A stretch of 62,206 nt of DNA, counting the filler, from Nemertoderma westbladi (taxonomy: Eukaryota > Animalia > Xenacoelomorpha), in NCBI GenBank assembly GCA_032718475.1. It is 3 parts of 3 records of this genome, joined end to end, with 100 filler letters (N's around TTAATTAATTAA, not from the genome) between each part and the next. Parts side by side here need not be neighbours in the genome. Positions count along the whole stretch, not along the records: positions 26,856 to 52,869 come from JAUCBJ010008802.1; 2 more parts are not named here. One strand, given 5' to 3'. The first letter of the stretch is position 1. Every line of letters begins with the position of its first letter. Below are positions 39,304 to 49,695 of this stretch, piece after piece. Under the pieces are notes generated by a model. It was given only the letters and a program-made list of their open reading frames with translations. It had not been told where the DNA came from and did not search any database. Position numbers and translations under genes: made by a program.

Positions 39304-40515
39304 ATGACTGAGTTGATAGAAGATGATCTTGGTATCAGGGAGCGATATACTCTACCTTTACAAGCGTTTGTCGATAGCTTGATACGCGGCGACGCTGGTC
39401 CAACTACTACGGAGGATGATGGTCGTTATATCGAACCGCCAATGTCCCCGGAGCAACTTACGCGTGAATTGGATTATAGAAAGTTCACCGCTCGTTATAC
39501 GCATCGTAATGGTACGTATATGGACTTCCTAACTACTGGCCACCCTATCGATTTACACGATACAGACGATGTGGATACCGAAAGGGAAATGGTTTTATTT
39601 AAATATCATACCCAGCGGAATCGGAACGATAAGCCAAGAATAGAACACGAGAACTCTATTCGAAACAGACTCGAAAGAGAAGACGTTGAAGAGCCGGATA
39701 AACGCAACGACTTCAACGATTATCTGGAATTCTTGAGAGAAACATACCTCAATATTGCCAGTCAACAAAATCTCGAAACTCGATATCCTCAAGGTATACA
39801 TCATGATCCTATGATAGAACTCAAACGACTCTATTTCACTATGATGTATCTTACCGCCGATCGACCGCTACCTGATGTCCCAGATAGCTTCGAACAGATG
39901 GAGGAATATTGTAAAACTGGAGAACGATCACCCGCGTTTCCTCTGCAGGACATGCGTCTTTGGTATTACTGCGACGAATGCCCTAGACCCAATCAGCAAA
40001 CGGAAAGACATAAACATCCGCGGAGACGTTGCGCTAAACACAGTTTTACACGATATACTTATGGGAGTTTCGAGCGAAACCTGTTCGACGTGTCCCCTGC
40101 GGTCGCTCGACTCAAGCGATCCTTGAACAAACCGATGATCAGAGTTCCGGAATACTCGGTCAGACCTCCGCATTCCTTAGTTAGACCTCAAACTCTTGAC
40201 CCTAATAGTATCACGGATCCTCACGAACTGTACTCACTGTTCAAAGATCTAGTGTTACCCGAACAGTTGATCGGTGGCACTCCAGTAGTAGGCTCACGGG
40301 ACATTCGCCAGCCCTACCTAGCTGGATTGGGACGTGGTCATCTAATATCGCCGTTTAACCCATACAACCGTCCCGGCTTCACCTCTATCCAACCCGTTAC
40401 GGAAGTCGAAGAGAGCGTCGTACGAAACGCATTAGAAGCTATTCGGCAGAAAATCGGAAAGGGAACGTACGATTGTTTGGAGAAGCGTAAATTGCAGCAA
40501 CAAGTCCAACGGTGA
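39304..40515 (+). CDS. Retrotransposon cargo ORF-A, unknown function
   Basis: 403-aa open frame with ATG after CATAGCAG. No family recognised; contains CDEC...H.H...C..H. Confidence 0.7.
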   Translation: MTELIEDDLGIRERYTLPLQAFVDSLIRGDAGPTTTEDDGRYIEPPMSPEQLTRELDYRKFTARYTHRNGTYMDFLTTGHPIDLHDTDDVDTEREMVLFKYHTQRNRNDKPRIEHENSIRNRLEREDVEEPDKRNDFNDYLEFLRETYLNIASQQNLETRYPQGIHHDPMIELKRLYFTMMYLTADRPLPDVPDSFEQMEEYCKTGERSPAFPLQDMRLWYYCDECPRPNQQTERHKHPRRRCAKHSFTRYTYGSFERNLFDVSPAVARLKRSLNKPMIRVPEYSVRPPHSLVRPQTLDPNSITDPHELYSLFKDLVLPEQLIGGTPVVGSRDIRQPYLAGLGRGHLISPFNPYNRPGFTSIQPVTEVEESVVRNALEAIRQKIGKGTYDCLEKRKLQQQVQR

Positions 40516-41972
40516 AGGAATTAGCTTTACCCCAGTTCGATAGAGAAATACAAAATCTCGAGGAGGACATCGAACGTGGACGAACCTACTCTTTACAAGA
40601 GTTTCTAGATGAGCGTCTACAACAACAAGCGGAGGAGAATCAGCTCAAGGAGAGACATATAGAACTGGATGAGAGAGAAGAAGCGGCTTTAGCTCAACCC
40701 GAAGCGCAAATCCTTATGACGGATCTCTACTCTAAAACCATTCTTCATCCCTCGATGGTTCCCCATTTCGGAGACAAACTTTTTGCGACGGCACAACCCC
40801 AACCGGTTGATATCAACCTAAGATCTCGAGATCTTATCGCCGACGCTCCTATGTTGCAGCGTCCGCCCATCGAATCCGCTCGTGTCGATGGTATACTCGT
40901 TGAACCTCCGGACAATAGAGCAGATCTTGTCCGTCGCATGGTACACGATGTAAACATACGCGCTAGACCTTCACGGGACTCGTTTTACGGGATCAAAGAT
41001 CACCCTTATTACGTCAATCTAAAACAATATTACATGGTAAAACCGGAAGATCCTACACATAGTCTGAAGTTTCTACCGCTAATAAATCCTCTCGATCTTG
41101 TCGAACTCGAACAACTGCAGAAACATCTGGATCAGTTAGTTAAAGTAAACTCATTTCGAAAACCATATAATGTTTCCAGAATAGAGAAGGAAACCATACC
41201 TCCGTATAATCTTGATGGATTCATCAAAACTCGATTAGTACACTGGAATCTTGACGTGTTATTCGAGGAGGAAAGAATACAACGATATGGAGATGTGGAA
41301 ACATATACTACACAATACTTAAAGTACAGAGATCTACCTAATGCTAGCGAATGCGCTACCTTGTGGCATCCTGTGGGAATGACACTCGAAAACGCCACAA
41401 AGGAGTGGATCGAAACTCTTAACGTTATCGAGATGTATGGAGTTGTCACTTACGATAACGAAGGTAGCGTTCCGGTTGGAGAACTTGGAACTACGCGGAT
41501 GATACATATACGAGGACTCGCTGGTTCTACCCACGTATTTACTCGAGCGTGTTCCGACGTTATTGATTATTCTTTTGAAACTCTTACTGAGACACAAAAG
41601 AAACTCCGACATGGACAATTTGAACTTGCGCAGCGTTACGTCACCGACACCGAGCGCAAACCGGCCATGGGTATCGATGGATCGATGTTACCCCAACCCG
41701 TGCTCGAGATGTTGTTTAACGAAAGAATCCTTAAAATCGGCTCAGCTGTTTATGGAGACCTACAGAACGACTTTCGGAATATGGAGAACATTCCATACCC
41801 CTTCGTTGATACTCAGCTGATTGCTCCTTGGGCAGAAGGCCGAGGTTTCTTCCGCACTATGTATGCCAATACACCCAGCGGAATTACTAAAGTACAACGA
41901 ACCTCCATCGGACATCTTGCCTTTCAAGAATACGGATGGAATTTCAAGGCGCTTTCTGACTCCGTTCCGTAA
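40512..41972 (+). CDS. Cargo ORF-B: putative DnaQ-like/DEDD 3'-5' exonuclease (WRN/EXD/RNase D-like)
   Basis: ExoI-like VVTYDNEG (41454-41462), RMIHIRG..G..HVF, LPQPVLEMLFNERILKIGSAVYGD (ExoII-like), FVDTQLIA, TSIGHLA..YG..FK. An ExoIII YxxxD is not clearly found. Confidence 0.65.
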   Translation: MKELALPQFDREIQNLEEDIERGRTYSLQEFLDERLQQQAEENQLKERHIELDEREEAALAQPEAQILMTDLYSKTILHPSMVPHFGDKLFATAQPQPVDINLRSRDLIADAPMLQRPPIESARVDGILVEPPDNRADLVRRMVHDVNIRARPSRDSFYGIKDHPYYVNLKQYYMVKPEDPTHSLKFLPLINPLDLVELEQLQKHLDQLVKVNSFRKPYNVSRIEKETIPPYNLDGFIKTRLVHWNLDVLFEEERIQRYGDVETYTTQYLKYRDLPNASECATLWHPVGMTLENATKEWIETLNVIEMYGVVTYDNEGSVPVGELGTTRMIHIRGLAGSTHVFTRACSDVIDYSFETLTETQKKLRHGQFELAQRYVTDTERKPAMGIDGSMLPQPVLEMLFNERILKIGSAVYGDLQNDFRNMENIPYPFVDTQLIAPWAEGRGFFRTMYANTPSGITKVQRTSIGHLAFQEYGWNFKALSDSVP

Positions 41973-43308
41973 CGTTGATAGTCAGTTCAAGGACCGCGCT
42001 CTGACCAAACTCAGCCTGAGAGACTCAGCGGCGGAGAAGCTAAACAGCGCGGGATTTGCCCTTTTTCAGGACATTTGTATACAGAACTTACATTCATCTG
42101 TTATACAAAGACCCCGAATACCCACGGGTTATTCTGTCGTCGAAGTTCAGACAGTGGGTCCGCTTGCGGAGACAGCCGCACCTACCTCAGCTATGCAATT
42201 GGAAGACGAACCAATATGCTTAGAAGCTGAAGCGATTCAGCCTACAGCGCCCCGGAGCAGCGATAACGACTACGTCTTAGAGTGGTATCAAGGTCCACAA
42301 TGTCTCACCGCATACGATTATCGACACGCTAACTATGTTTCTCGAAAACGCTGTCGATTATGCGCATCGAGAGACCATTTCACCCCTATGGACTCAGACG
42401 TACCCTGCTCCTATTTCCACGAACAACCGATGATGGAGATATATTGTGCGTATTGCAGACTTAATAACTCTCATATTTTTGCAGTCTGCCCCCAATTTAT
42501 GACTCAATGCCACCACTGTCAACTTAAAGGACATGCCAGTTATAATTGCCCCTTTAATCACGATTTAGAGAGCGTAGATGAAATGATTACCCTGCGCTAC
42601 ATCCGAGCTTGGGAAGCTAACGCGGATTTACATTGTGAGTCCCGTCATCGATACTACCCTGGACGCTCTTACGAGGGAGTTTACGCGTTCCATCCTTATT
42701 TATTAGCGTCTGTGAAACAAAAAACACGCATACCGAGTTACGAGCTAATGAAGCGTGTTGGTGAGTGTATTTCCACTAAATTTGTTCGAAGATACCTTAG
42801 GAACGTCAATCCTAACGATATTACTTCATACCATTTGATCAATTATATCCGTCAAGACCCTGAGTATGGCGATTTATTTATCAACTCGCACCCTGAGTTA
42901 CAGGAAGTATCTCGACGGCCCTACGAATATCGAGCCCGAGAGCACGAGCTGGAAAGAACTATTAAACCAAGGAAGTTTTTCACCACTCACGGTCCGCCTA
43001 CCGCCGTTGTCCAGACGACCCGTAAAGGACCAGTAGGAGCTGCTGTCCTAAGACGCGCCCTAAAGGCCGTTAGACCTCGCTCCGCTGATACACCGGCGGA
43101 TACACCGATCGCAATCCGAAACCTTCTGATGCAATTGTATTGCACCCTTCACCCAGGAGTTACAGCCCTCCTAGTAAAGTGGCTCGCCCCAAAGAGAAAA
43201 GGACTCTTGCTAGCCTCAAAAAACTGCGTAAACGCCGTCCGCGTAAGAAAGACTAACTGTTTAGAGTATTTTTATATTTTAGAAACTGTGATTTGTTATA
43301 TTTTATAG
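41821..43308 (+). CDS. Cargo ORF-C: CCHC zinc-knuckle protein, probably the frameshifted continuation of ORF-B
   Basis: CRLCASRDH...C, CAYCRLNNSHIFAVC and CHHCQLKGHASYNC at ~42350-42550. Confidence 0.7.
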   Translation: MLLGQKAEVSSALCMPIHPAELLKYNEPPSDILPFKNTDGISRRFLTPFRNVDSQFKDRALTKLSLRDSAAEKLNSAGFALFQDICIQNLHSSVIQRPRIPTGYSVVEVQTVGPLAETAAPTSAMQLEDEPICLEAEAIQPTAPRSSDNDYVLEWYQGPQCLTAYDYRHANYVSRKRCRLCASRDHFTPMDSDVPCSYFHEQPMMEIYCAYCRLNNSHIFAVCPQFMTQCHHCQLKGHASYNCPFNHDLESVDEMITLRYIRAWEANADLHCESRHRYYPGRSYEGVYAFHPYLLASVKQKTRIPSYELMKRVGECISTKFVRRYLRNVNPNDITSYHLINYIRQDPEYGDLFINSHPELQEVSRRPYEYRAREHELERTIKPRKFFTTHGPPTAVVQTTRKGPVGAAVLRRALKAVRPRSADTPADTPIAIRNLLMQLYCTLHPGVTALLVKWLAPKRKGLLLASKNCVNAVRVRKTNCLEYFYILETVICYIL

Positions 43309-43334
43309 ACTTAAATCCCATTTTCTGGGAGCGG

Positions 43335-43949
43335 TGTAAAAGCTTTTGCGTAATTAACCGGTTATTTTCCCTTAAAGGTACTCTGTAGTTGGCTTACCAG
43401 GCATAAAAAGGCCGTGTCCTTACTGTACTGGTGTTTTAGAGGACATAAAAGTCATTTCTTCTGTATTTGTACTTTAGAGGACATAATCCGCAATCTCGTG
43501 ACGCAATAAGCTAGATCCTCTTGAAAACAGTGTCGCTACCATGATGACGGCTAACAGCTGATATTGCCACGTCGAACCTTTCTTTGTTCTTTGTTCTCTC
43601 TTTGCTCGGTCGACTAATCAGAGCGTTTTTTGACTCTGTGTTGGAGTTGGATACAGAAACTCAGTAGTTCAGTGTTATGTTTTTGCCCAGAGCCTAAGAA
43701 CACCGGCTTTTGGCACCTCCGTGTTTCAGTCTTTAGTTTAACATTAGTAGGCTTAATTATAGAACGTATATCTGTTATCGAGTTACTTAACTCAACAAAC
43801 CGAGTTATCTTACCATATCTTACTAATATTACTGCTTTTACTGTCGGTTATTCATTATATTTGTTGATGAAATATTATATCGGAATACTGATCAATAGTC
43901 AGACACCCCAATCTTCTTGATATACTAAAGGTTAGAGAGACCGGTTACA
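43335..43949 (+). mobile_element. Putative 3' LTR (615 bp)
   Basis: Starts TGTAA, ends TTACA, preceded by the purine-rich tract GGGAGCGG. No second copy in the window. Confidence 0.7.
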
Positions 43950-44686
43950 TATAAACGATTGCGACCTATGTTAAGTGGTTTGAAGTGAATTTAATGCTAT
44001 TTCATAGGCCCGACATAAATTGTATGTTGCTCTCTTTATACGTGACTAAATTTAGTGAAGGTCGGCAGATTAGTGTGCAGTATTGTGCAGCATTGTGTAT
44101 GATTGTAACTGATAACAAAGCATCTCCTAAAGAATGCGCCATATACGTGAATCTATAGCCTTTTCGTTGTGTCTAGTTTAAGTCGTAACTCTGTTTACAT
44201 ATTTAGAGCGCCACGTCCTAAAGGAACTGTTAATATTTCCCGAAAGTGAATAATATTTGTCAGAGATTATATATTACGATCAGTCGAATAATACAGTAGG
44301 CTTACACCATCAATCATTAAGCTTCCGAATTCAGTCTCCCAGGTATATCCAGCGGGTGAATGATTGCGCATAGACTGGCTTCGGCTAATGTAGTGTATCA
44401 AATACTCGTCATAGGCTAAAGACTATATATCATCTAAAAGACATCCTAATTTGGCAGGTTAAACTGTCAAAGGTCTTAAAAGCGCAAACAGAGTTAGTTA
44501 TGATTATTTGAAATTTATCAATGAATTGGAGTTGAGCTGTTAATGCAACTGTAATTAAAGGTGTCGCGCTTTCTCATTTTTCCATTTCTGAACAAAACCA
44601 TAATATTACACATTTGAAATTTGAATTGAATATACAATCGTATATACAAAAGTGTAAAAAGTGCCGGGGACATATGATATGTTGTC

Positions 44687-44766
44687 CCCCCCCCCCCCCC
44701 CCCCCCCCCCTACCTGAAAAGTGGGAGGGACGTGTCCCCCCCATCCCCCCTATGGCTGCGCCACTG
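44687..44766. mobile_element. hAT-like terminal remnant
   Basis: GGGACGTGTCCCCCCATCCCCCCTATGGCTGCGCCACTG resembles a CAGTGGCG-type terminus; the partner end was not found. Confidence 0.4.
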
Positions 44767-45244
44767 TACGCCAAGTTAGTCCACACCCATGTACCGTACT
44801 GCCGTAACCGTACTGATGTATCATCGATGTCATAAACTCATACAGGGTGCCGCGTGCCGGTGCGGAGTGGAGGTGTAATCAGGTAGGAAATAACTCATTC
44901 TGTACTTTTCGCCTGGCCTGTGTCGCTGTGTCTGTATGTGCTTAACCTACATCGATACATGTGCTTATCCAATGAGCGCTGGGGCGCGGTATGTCTGTAA
45001 TCTGTATGTACTCTGGTACTGACTGACTGACAAGGTATCAGGAGAGGAGAGGCCCAGTACTCATCAGTCATCACTGGTCATCACTTCAGCACTTACTCTC
45101 TATATTACAGTATTACTTCTGTACTTACAGTATTTCTGTATTTATCAGGCCTATATAAACAGATATATAAAGTTCAACGTTGTGTTTGTGTAGGCTAAGT
45201 TAAATACTGAATTATTACAATGCGATTGGTATTTTATTATTATT

Positions 45245-45673
45245 ATGGCCGTTTGCGTTGCCGTTATTGCTAAAGAGAACTACCCGCTGTACATCCGTAC
45301 TGTTCCGGTAAGCAACTCCGACCCTCTGAAACTCCGATATATGGTGCACACATCCCTGGACGTGGTGGAGGAAAAAATATCCGCCTCCGGAAAAAATCCT
45401 ACTGAATTCCGAGAGCTGTACCTAGGTTTACTTTATCCCACTGAGGATTATAAAGTCTACGGTTACGTGACTAACAGTAAAGTAAAGTTTGTAATCGTGG
45501 TGGATTCTTCGAACACTTTATTACGGGATAATGATATAAAGTCTATGTTTAAAAAGCTCCACGTTGCGTATATTGATATGGTCTGTAACCCTTTTTATAC
45601 TCCTGGAGAAACTATTAGCTCTAATCCTTTCGATTCTACAGTTGAAAGTATGATGGCTCAAGGAATGTTTTAA
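45245..45673 (+). CDS. TRAPPC2L: Trafficking protein particle complex subunit 2-like, intronless CDS
   Basis: [63 protein letters not shown]. Confidence 0.97.
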   Translation: MAVCVAVIAKENYPLYIRTVPVSNSDPLKLRYMVHTSLDVVEEKISASGKNPTEFRELYLGLLYPTEDYKVYGYVTNSKVKFVIVVDSSNTLLRDNDIKSMFKKLHVAYIDMVCNPFYTPGETISSNPFDSTVESMMAQGMF

Positions 45674-45775
45674 TTTACATTATTCGTGAAATAATTAATA
45701 TAATTTTTGTATTTGACTTCAGGGCCATAGGCCTATGCTAATAAGTTGAAAGGAGTCTACTGATTAATATCTTAT

Positions 45776-46651
45776 ATGAGTGACATTGCCGTGGAATATG
45801 TTGCCGGAGCTGTAGCTGGTACGGTCTCTGGTTTGGTTTCCTTCCCGCTAGACACCCTCAAGGTGCGACTACAGACGCAGCCCAGCAAACAATACCGCAA
45901 TATATTCCATGCGGTAGTAAAGATAGCCAGACAGGAAGGCCCTTCGGCTTACTGGAAGGGTCTCCCTTTACCTTTACTAGCGGCCTGTCTGCTAGACGGG
46001 ATTACCATCCTGACTTACGAGCGATCTCTAGCAATTATCTTCGCCTCCAAAGAGACCCCGTTATCCAGCGCTGTTTGTGGCGCAGTCGCTGCACTGGTGG
46101 ACAGCACTTACTCAGTACCGGTGGAGCTTCTCAAAATACAAGGACAGACAGCAGGAGTGGGCCGTCCCACTATTGGTTTCCTAGCGACCACAGTCTCACA
46201 ACTACGAGCTGACCTTCTTTCTTCCTCGACAATCAACTCTTTCTACTTCGGGTGGAGAATTTCCTTGATTCGCGATATCCCGCTCTACAGTTTAACCTTC
46301 CTTTCCTACTACGCGATTCGCAATCGCTTCCCGGCGGAGCTTCGCAACAACACCGGGGTTCTTCTAGCGGCCAGCAGCTCGGCTACGCTGCTAGCCGGCA
46401 CGATCTGTTACCCGTTGGACGTCGCTAAAACCCGCTACCAATCGCGGTGGAGAGGGCCTTACAGTCGCGGTTTGGTGCGTGAGTGTCTCCTAGAGGCGTT
46501 ACTGGACAGCCGCCACCGGTACCGCGGTCTAACAACCGCCCTGCTAGCAGACACCCCTTATATGGCCTTGTATCTGGTGTTACAAACCAAAGTGCTGCAC
46601 TGGTTCGGACACAGATGCGCCCCGGAAAAAGTTAATAATTCCATTAATTAA
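45776..46651 (+). CDS. Mitochondrial carrier (SLC25 family, resembling SLC25A29/45/48), intronless
   Basis: Three carrier signatures PLDTLKVRLQ, PVELLKIQGQ, PLDVAKTRYQ; 291 aa. Confidence 0.92.
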   Translation: MSDIAVEYVAGAVAGTVSGLVSFPLDTLKVRLQTQPSKQYRNIFHAVVKIARQEGPSAYWKGLPLPLLAACLLDGITILTYERSLAIIFASKETPLSSAVCGAVAALVDSTYSVPVELLKIQGQTAGVGRPTIGFLATTVSQLRADLLSSSTINSFYFGWRISLIRDIPLYSLTFLSYYAIRNRFPAELRNNTGVLLAASSSATLLAGTICYPLDVAKTRYQSRWRGPYSRGLVRECLLEALLDSRHRYRGLTTALLADTPYMALYLVLQTKVLHWFGHRCAPEKVNNSIN

Positions 46652-46757
46652 TTGCAATAAATAGATATTTATTTAACTAATATTATAAATTATAATAAAT
46701 AAATAAATATAATAAATATATATTATTGTCTGGACAATAATAACTCTATTGTTTCCA

Positions 46758-47531
46758 ATGGATTCGCTTAGCGAATCATTTCCATGGGAATTTTCCGTTA
46801 TTTTCCGCGTTTTATTTCCCGACGGCACAGAATGCGATCGGTTGATTGTATCCGCAGCCGTTCCTACCGGTTACTCTAGCGACGATAGCCACAATCTCGT
46901 TGTCGCTAGGACACCGACCTCGTTTCGCTACCGCGCTCGGGTGCACCCCCAAGCGGCGGCTGCCGTTATCACCCTGGCCTCGAACTCGCCGCTTTTCGCG
47001 TCGCGTTTACTCCGGAATCGACCCGGGTCGGATAAACCGGTTAGACTTTCGTTACATATTGACGCCGCCTTCCGATTGGCTACTCATTGCGATATCCGAT
47101 GGGGTGCGAAGATTCTCCCGCTAACCAACTGTCGGATGGAGTTAGAGAACTCGCTAGCCTGGTTGTCTACGCTAGGGGGCGCTCACTCGAGTCTGGGGGA
47201 GTCTGACGCCGGACATTCCGTACAAGCGGGTCGCCTCGCGCGGCAGCAGTTCCAACTAGCGGCCAGACTCGGGGACCTTATCCTACAGGCTTACTGTCGC
47301 GTCTACCTCGCCATCAGTCTAGCGCAGCGCGGCCATCTAACGAGGGCATTGCGAATCGCACACAGAGAGTTCCGGTTCGCGGATACGCCGCAAGGGGGCT
47401 GCGACACGAGACTCAAGGCTATGTGTCTGCACGTTGTACACCGGTGTAAGGTGAACCAGAGCAGTGTCGCAGTAATTAATAATAATCCTTTAATTAATAT
47501 TAATGATATAAACATTGAACAGTTTAGATAG
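46758..47531 (+). CDS. Conserved uncharacterised protein, DUF4807 / F58A4.6-like, intronless
   Basis: ELENSLAWLSTLGGAHSSLG...AGRLARQQ..LA.RLGD....AYCRVYLAISLAQRG; first ATG at 46758. Confidence 0.82.
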   Translation: MDSLSESFPWEFSVIFRVLFPDGTECDRLIVSAAVPTGYSSDDSHNLVVARTPTSFRYRARVHPQAAAAVITLASNSPLFASRLLRNRPGSDKPVRLSLHIDAAFRLATHCDIRWGAKILPLTNCRMELENSLAWLSTLGGAHSSLGESDAGHSVQAGRLARQQFQLAARLGDLILQAYCRVYLAISLAQRGHLTRALRIAHREFRFADTPQGGCDTRLKAMCLHVVHRCKVNQSSVAVINNNPLININDINIEQFR

Positions 47532-47990
47532 TATTATAGTTATATCTGCTGCTACTTTGTGAATCCTCATTAAATTAAAACAAACCAATTATAATGTCAT
47601 GTTTATTTTGTTATGAAGAAATACTTTATCTGAAAATCTGCATTTTCCCAATTAAAATGGTTCGAAACAGGGGGGGGGGGGGGGGGGGGTGGGGTGTCTA
47701 AATTGACGTAAATGAAAAAGGCCTATCATTTAATACAATTTGTGTTTCGCGAAGCGGCGTTTATTTAAATTTATTTACACTCCACTTAGCTGTCATTTCG
47801 AAGGATTTCGCGAAAGCACAATTTAAGATTTTCAGTCCATTAATTTAAAATACATTTAAGGGGTTCCGTTTAACTTTATCTCGTGTCATTTAGCAAATAC
47901 TTTCTGTACGTATGTTAGAAAAACATATATTGTTCTGTTTCCATGGTAGTACACGTTTTCAAGAAATAAGTTTTGATCAAGTTAAAGTTA

Positions 47991-49008
47991 GGGTATAACT
48001 TTTCGCCGTATCCGTATTCGTATGCATTTGCCGTATCCGTATGTACATACGCGTATGTGCCGTATGTAATGGATTCCTATGGAGAATAATCAGTATGTGA
48101 TTTTAGAGATTAGGCATTGCGGACCAGTAAGAAGTGCACATCACACTTGCAGACTGAAGACAGGTAGGCCTACTTAAAGCTATGATTTAAAGAGTGTGGC
48201 TGCCGCTACCTTTTGTCAAATAAACAATGCAGGACAGGTCCAGGATGAGTGACAGCCGGTGTCCGCCAGCCCCGGGATGCGCCAGCAGTGCAGTACCTAT
48301 TAACCAGTTAACTCTTCTTGACGCCGCTTGGAAAACTAACCAACCGTGATTTATTTTTGAACTGTTTTTCCACCAACCTGGCTATAGAATGTTGTTGCTT
48401 GCTACAGTATATGGCACTAACATAGTATAGACTGATAGAAGCGGCAATGAGAATGCTAAGGGAATAAACATTCGCACAGATATTGAAAACCGTCGTGTCA
48501 GTCTGTCCTTCTTTGTGAATTTATTAACATATAATATACCTTTACTTTCGCTGTTTCGGGGCCAGTATTTAGTTAACCATAGCAGGCCCTAGCAGCCAAG
48601 TGCCAACAAGACCAACCTACCGGTGTGCCAGTTAGTCAAACCACGTGTCAGCGAGTGCAACCGGGTGCCAGTAATTAATCTAAGTCCAACCGGGCGTCTA
48701 GTGTCAGTTAGTACAATAAAACAAGCGCTGTGGCGCATCCCGGGACTGAAGGACATCATCTGTCACTCATCCTGGACCTACAATGATTTATTTGCCATTA
48801 GGTAGCGGCAGCCGCACTCTTTAAATCATATCGCTTTTAAGTAGGCCTACCTGTCTTCAGTCTGCATGTGTGTTGTGCACTTCTTACTGGTCCGCAATGC
48901 CTAATCTTTAAAATCACATACGGATTATTCTCCATAGGAATCCATTACATACGCGTATGTGCATACGGATACGGCAAATGCATACGGATACGGCGAAAAG
49001 TTATACCC
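47991..49008. mobile_element. Non-autonomous Mutator-like element with ~300-bp TIRs
   Basis: GGGTATAACTTTTCGCCGTATCCG...CGGATACGGCGAAAAGTTATACCC; 9-bp TSD TTAAAGTTA at 47982-47990 and 49009-49017. Confidence 0.88.
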
Positions 49009-49324
49009 TTAAAGTTATGGCTGGCGGTTCTTATAGAAACATTATCATATTATTTAATGAGAAGGCCATAACATAACTTATCGTCGAACAGTTGCTAAGG
49101 AATGATGAATGAATGCCCACATGCCGAATAATTATTGTGTTAATGAGATTAAATTGCTAAACAATTATAATAAATTATAAAAAAACAATATTTACAAATT
49201 ACGTCATTATTTATAACATAATTTGAATTCATTGTTTGAACAATAATAATAACTACTGTATTTATTTTACTTTATACTTTATTTCACGTTGTACTTATTA
49301 TGACTTATGTACCAATGCTCTTCC

Positions 49325-49695
49325 GGCTCTTTCACACTACAGGCGCCCCTTTTTAGTTGGAAAAAACATACAGCGTTATTTTACTTTGCTGTCTTGGGTT
49401 ACTTAATTATTGGTTTGTTTTTTAGACTACGGTTTGATGGTTAGGCACAAACCATAATTAAAGCAGTAATTTAAATCATGAGTCTCTAATCTAAGAAATT
49501 TTGTAGAATATTTGACTTTTTGCTTCTGGTCAGAAGAGACAGAATGTCCGAAATTAAACAAAATTTATTAGATTAGAGCCTCATGATTTAGGGTAAGGTT
49601 CAATTACTGCTTTAATTAGGGTTTGGGCCGCCACTATTGTAACCTGCGAGGACCACGAGAGCCGTGAAAGAGTGGCGCCTCTAGTGTGATATCTC
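49325..49695. mobile_element. Short Mutator-like MITE
   Basis: TCACACTACAGGCGCC and GGCGCCTCTAGTGTGA are inverted, with further internal inverted blocks; 9-bp TSD TGCTCTTCC at 49316-49324 and 49696-49704. Confidence 0.8.

Larger units (their letters stand above)
36690..43949 (+). mobile_element. 3' half of a BEL/Pao LTR retrotransposon: integrase, spacer, extra ORFs, PPT, 3' LTR
   Basis: Integrase, then cargo ORFs, then GGGAGCGG directly followed by TGTAA...TTACA. That these form one element is inferred from order and strand. Confidence 0.75.

Noticed and set aside
39304-43308. Env or viral glycoprotein as the extra ORF
   Set aside because: No evident signal peptide, transmembrane helix or fusion-protein pattern; the motifs fit a nuclease and zinc knuckles better.
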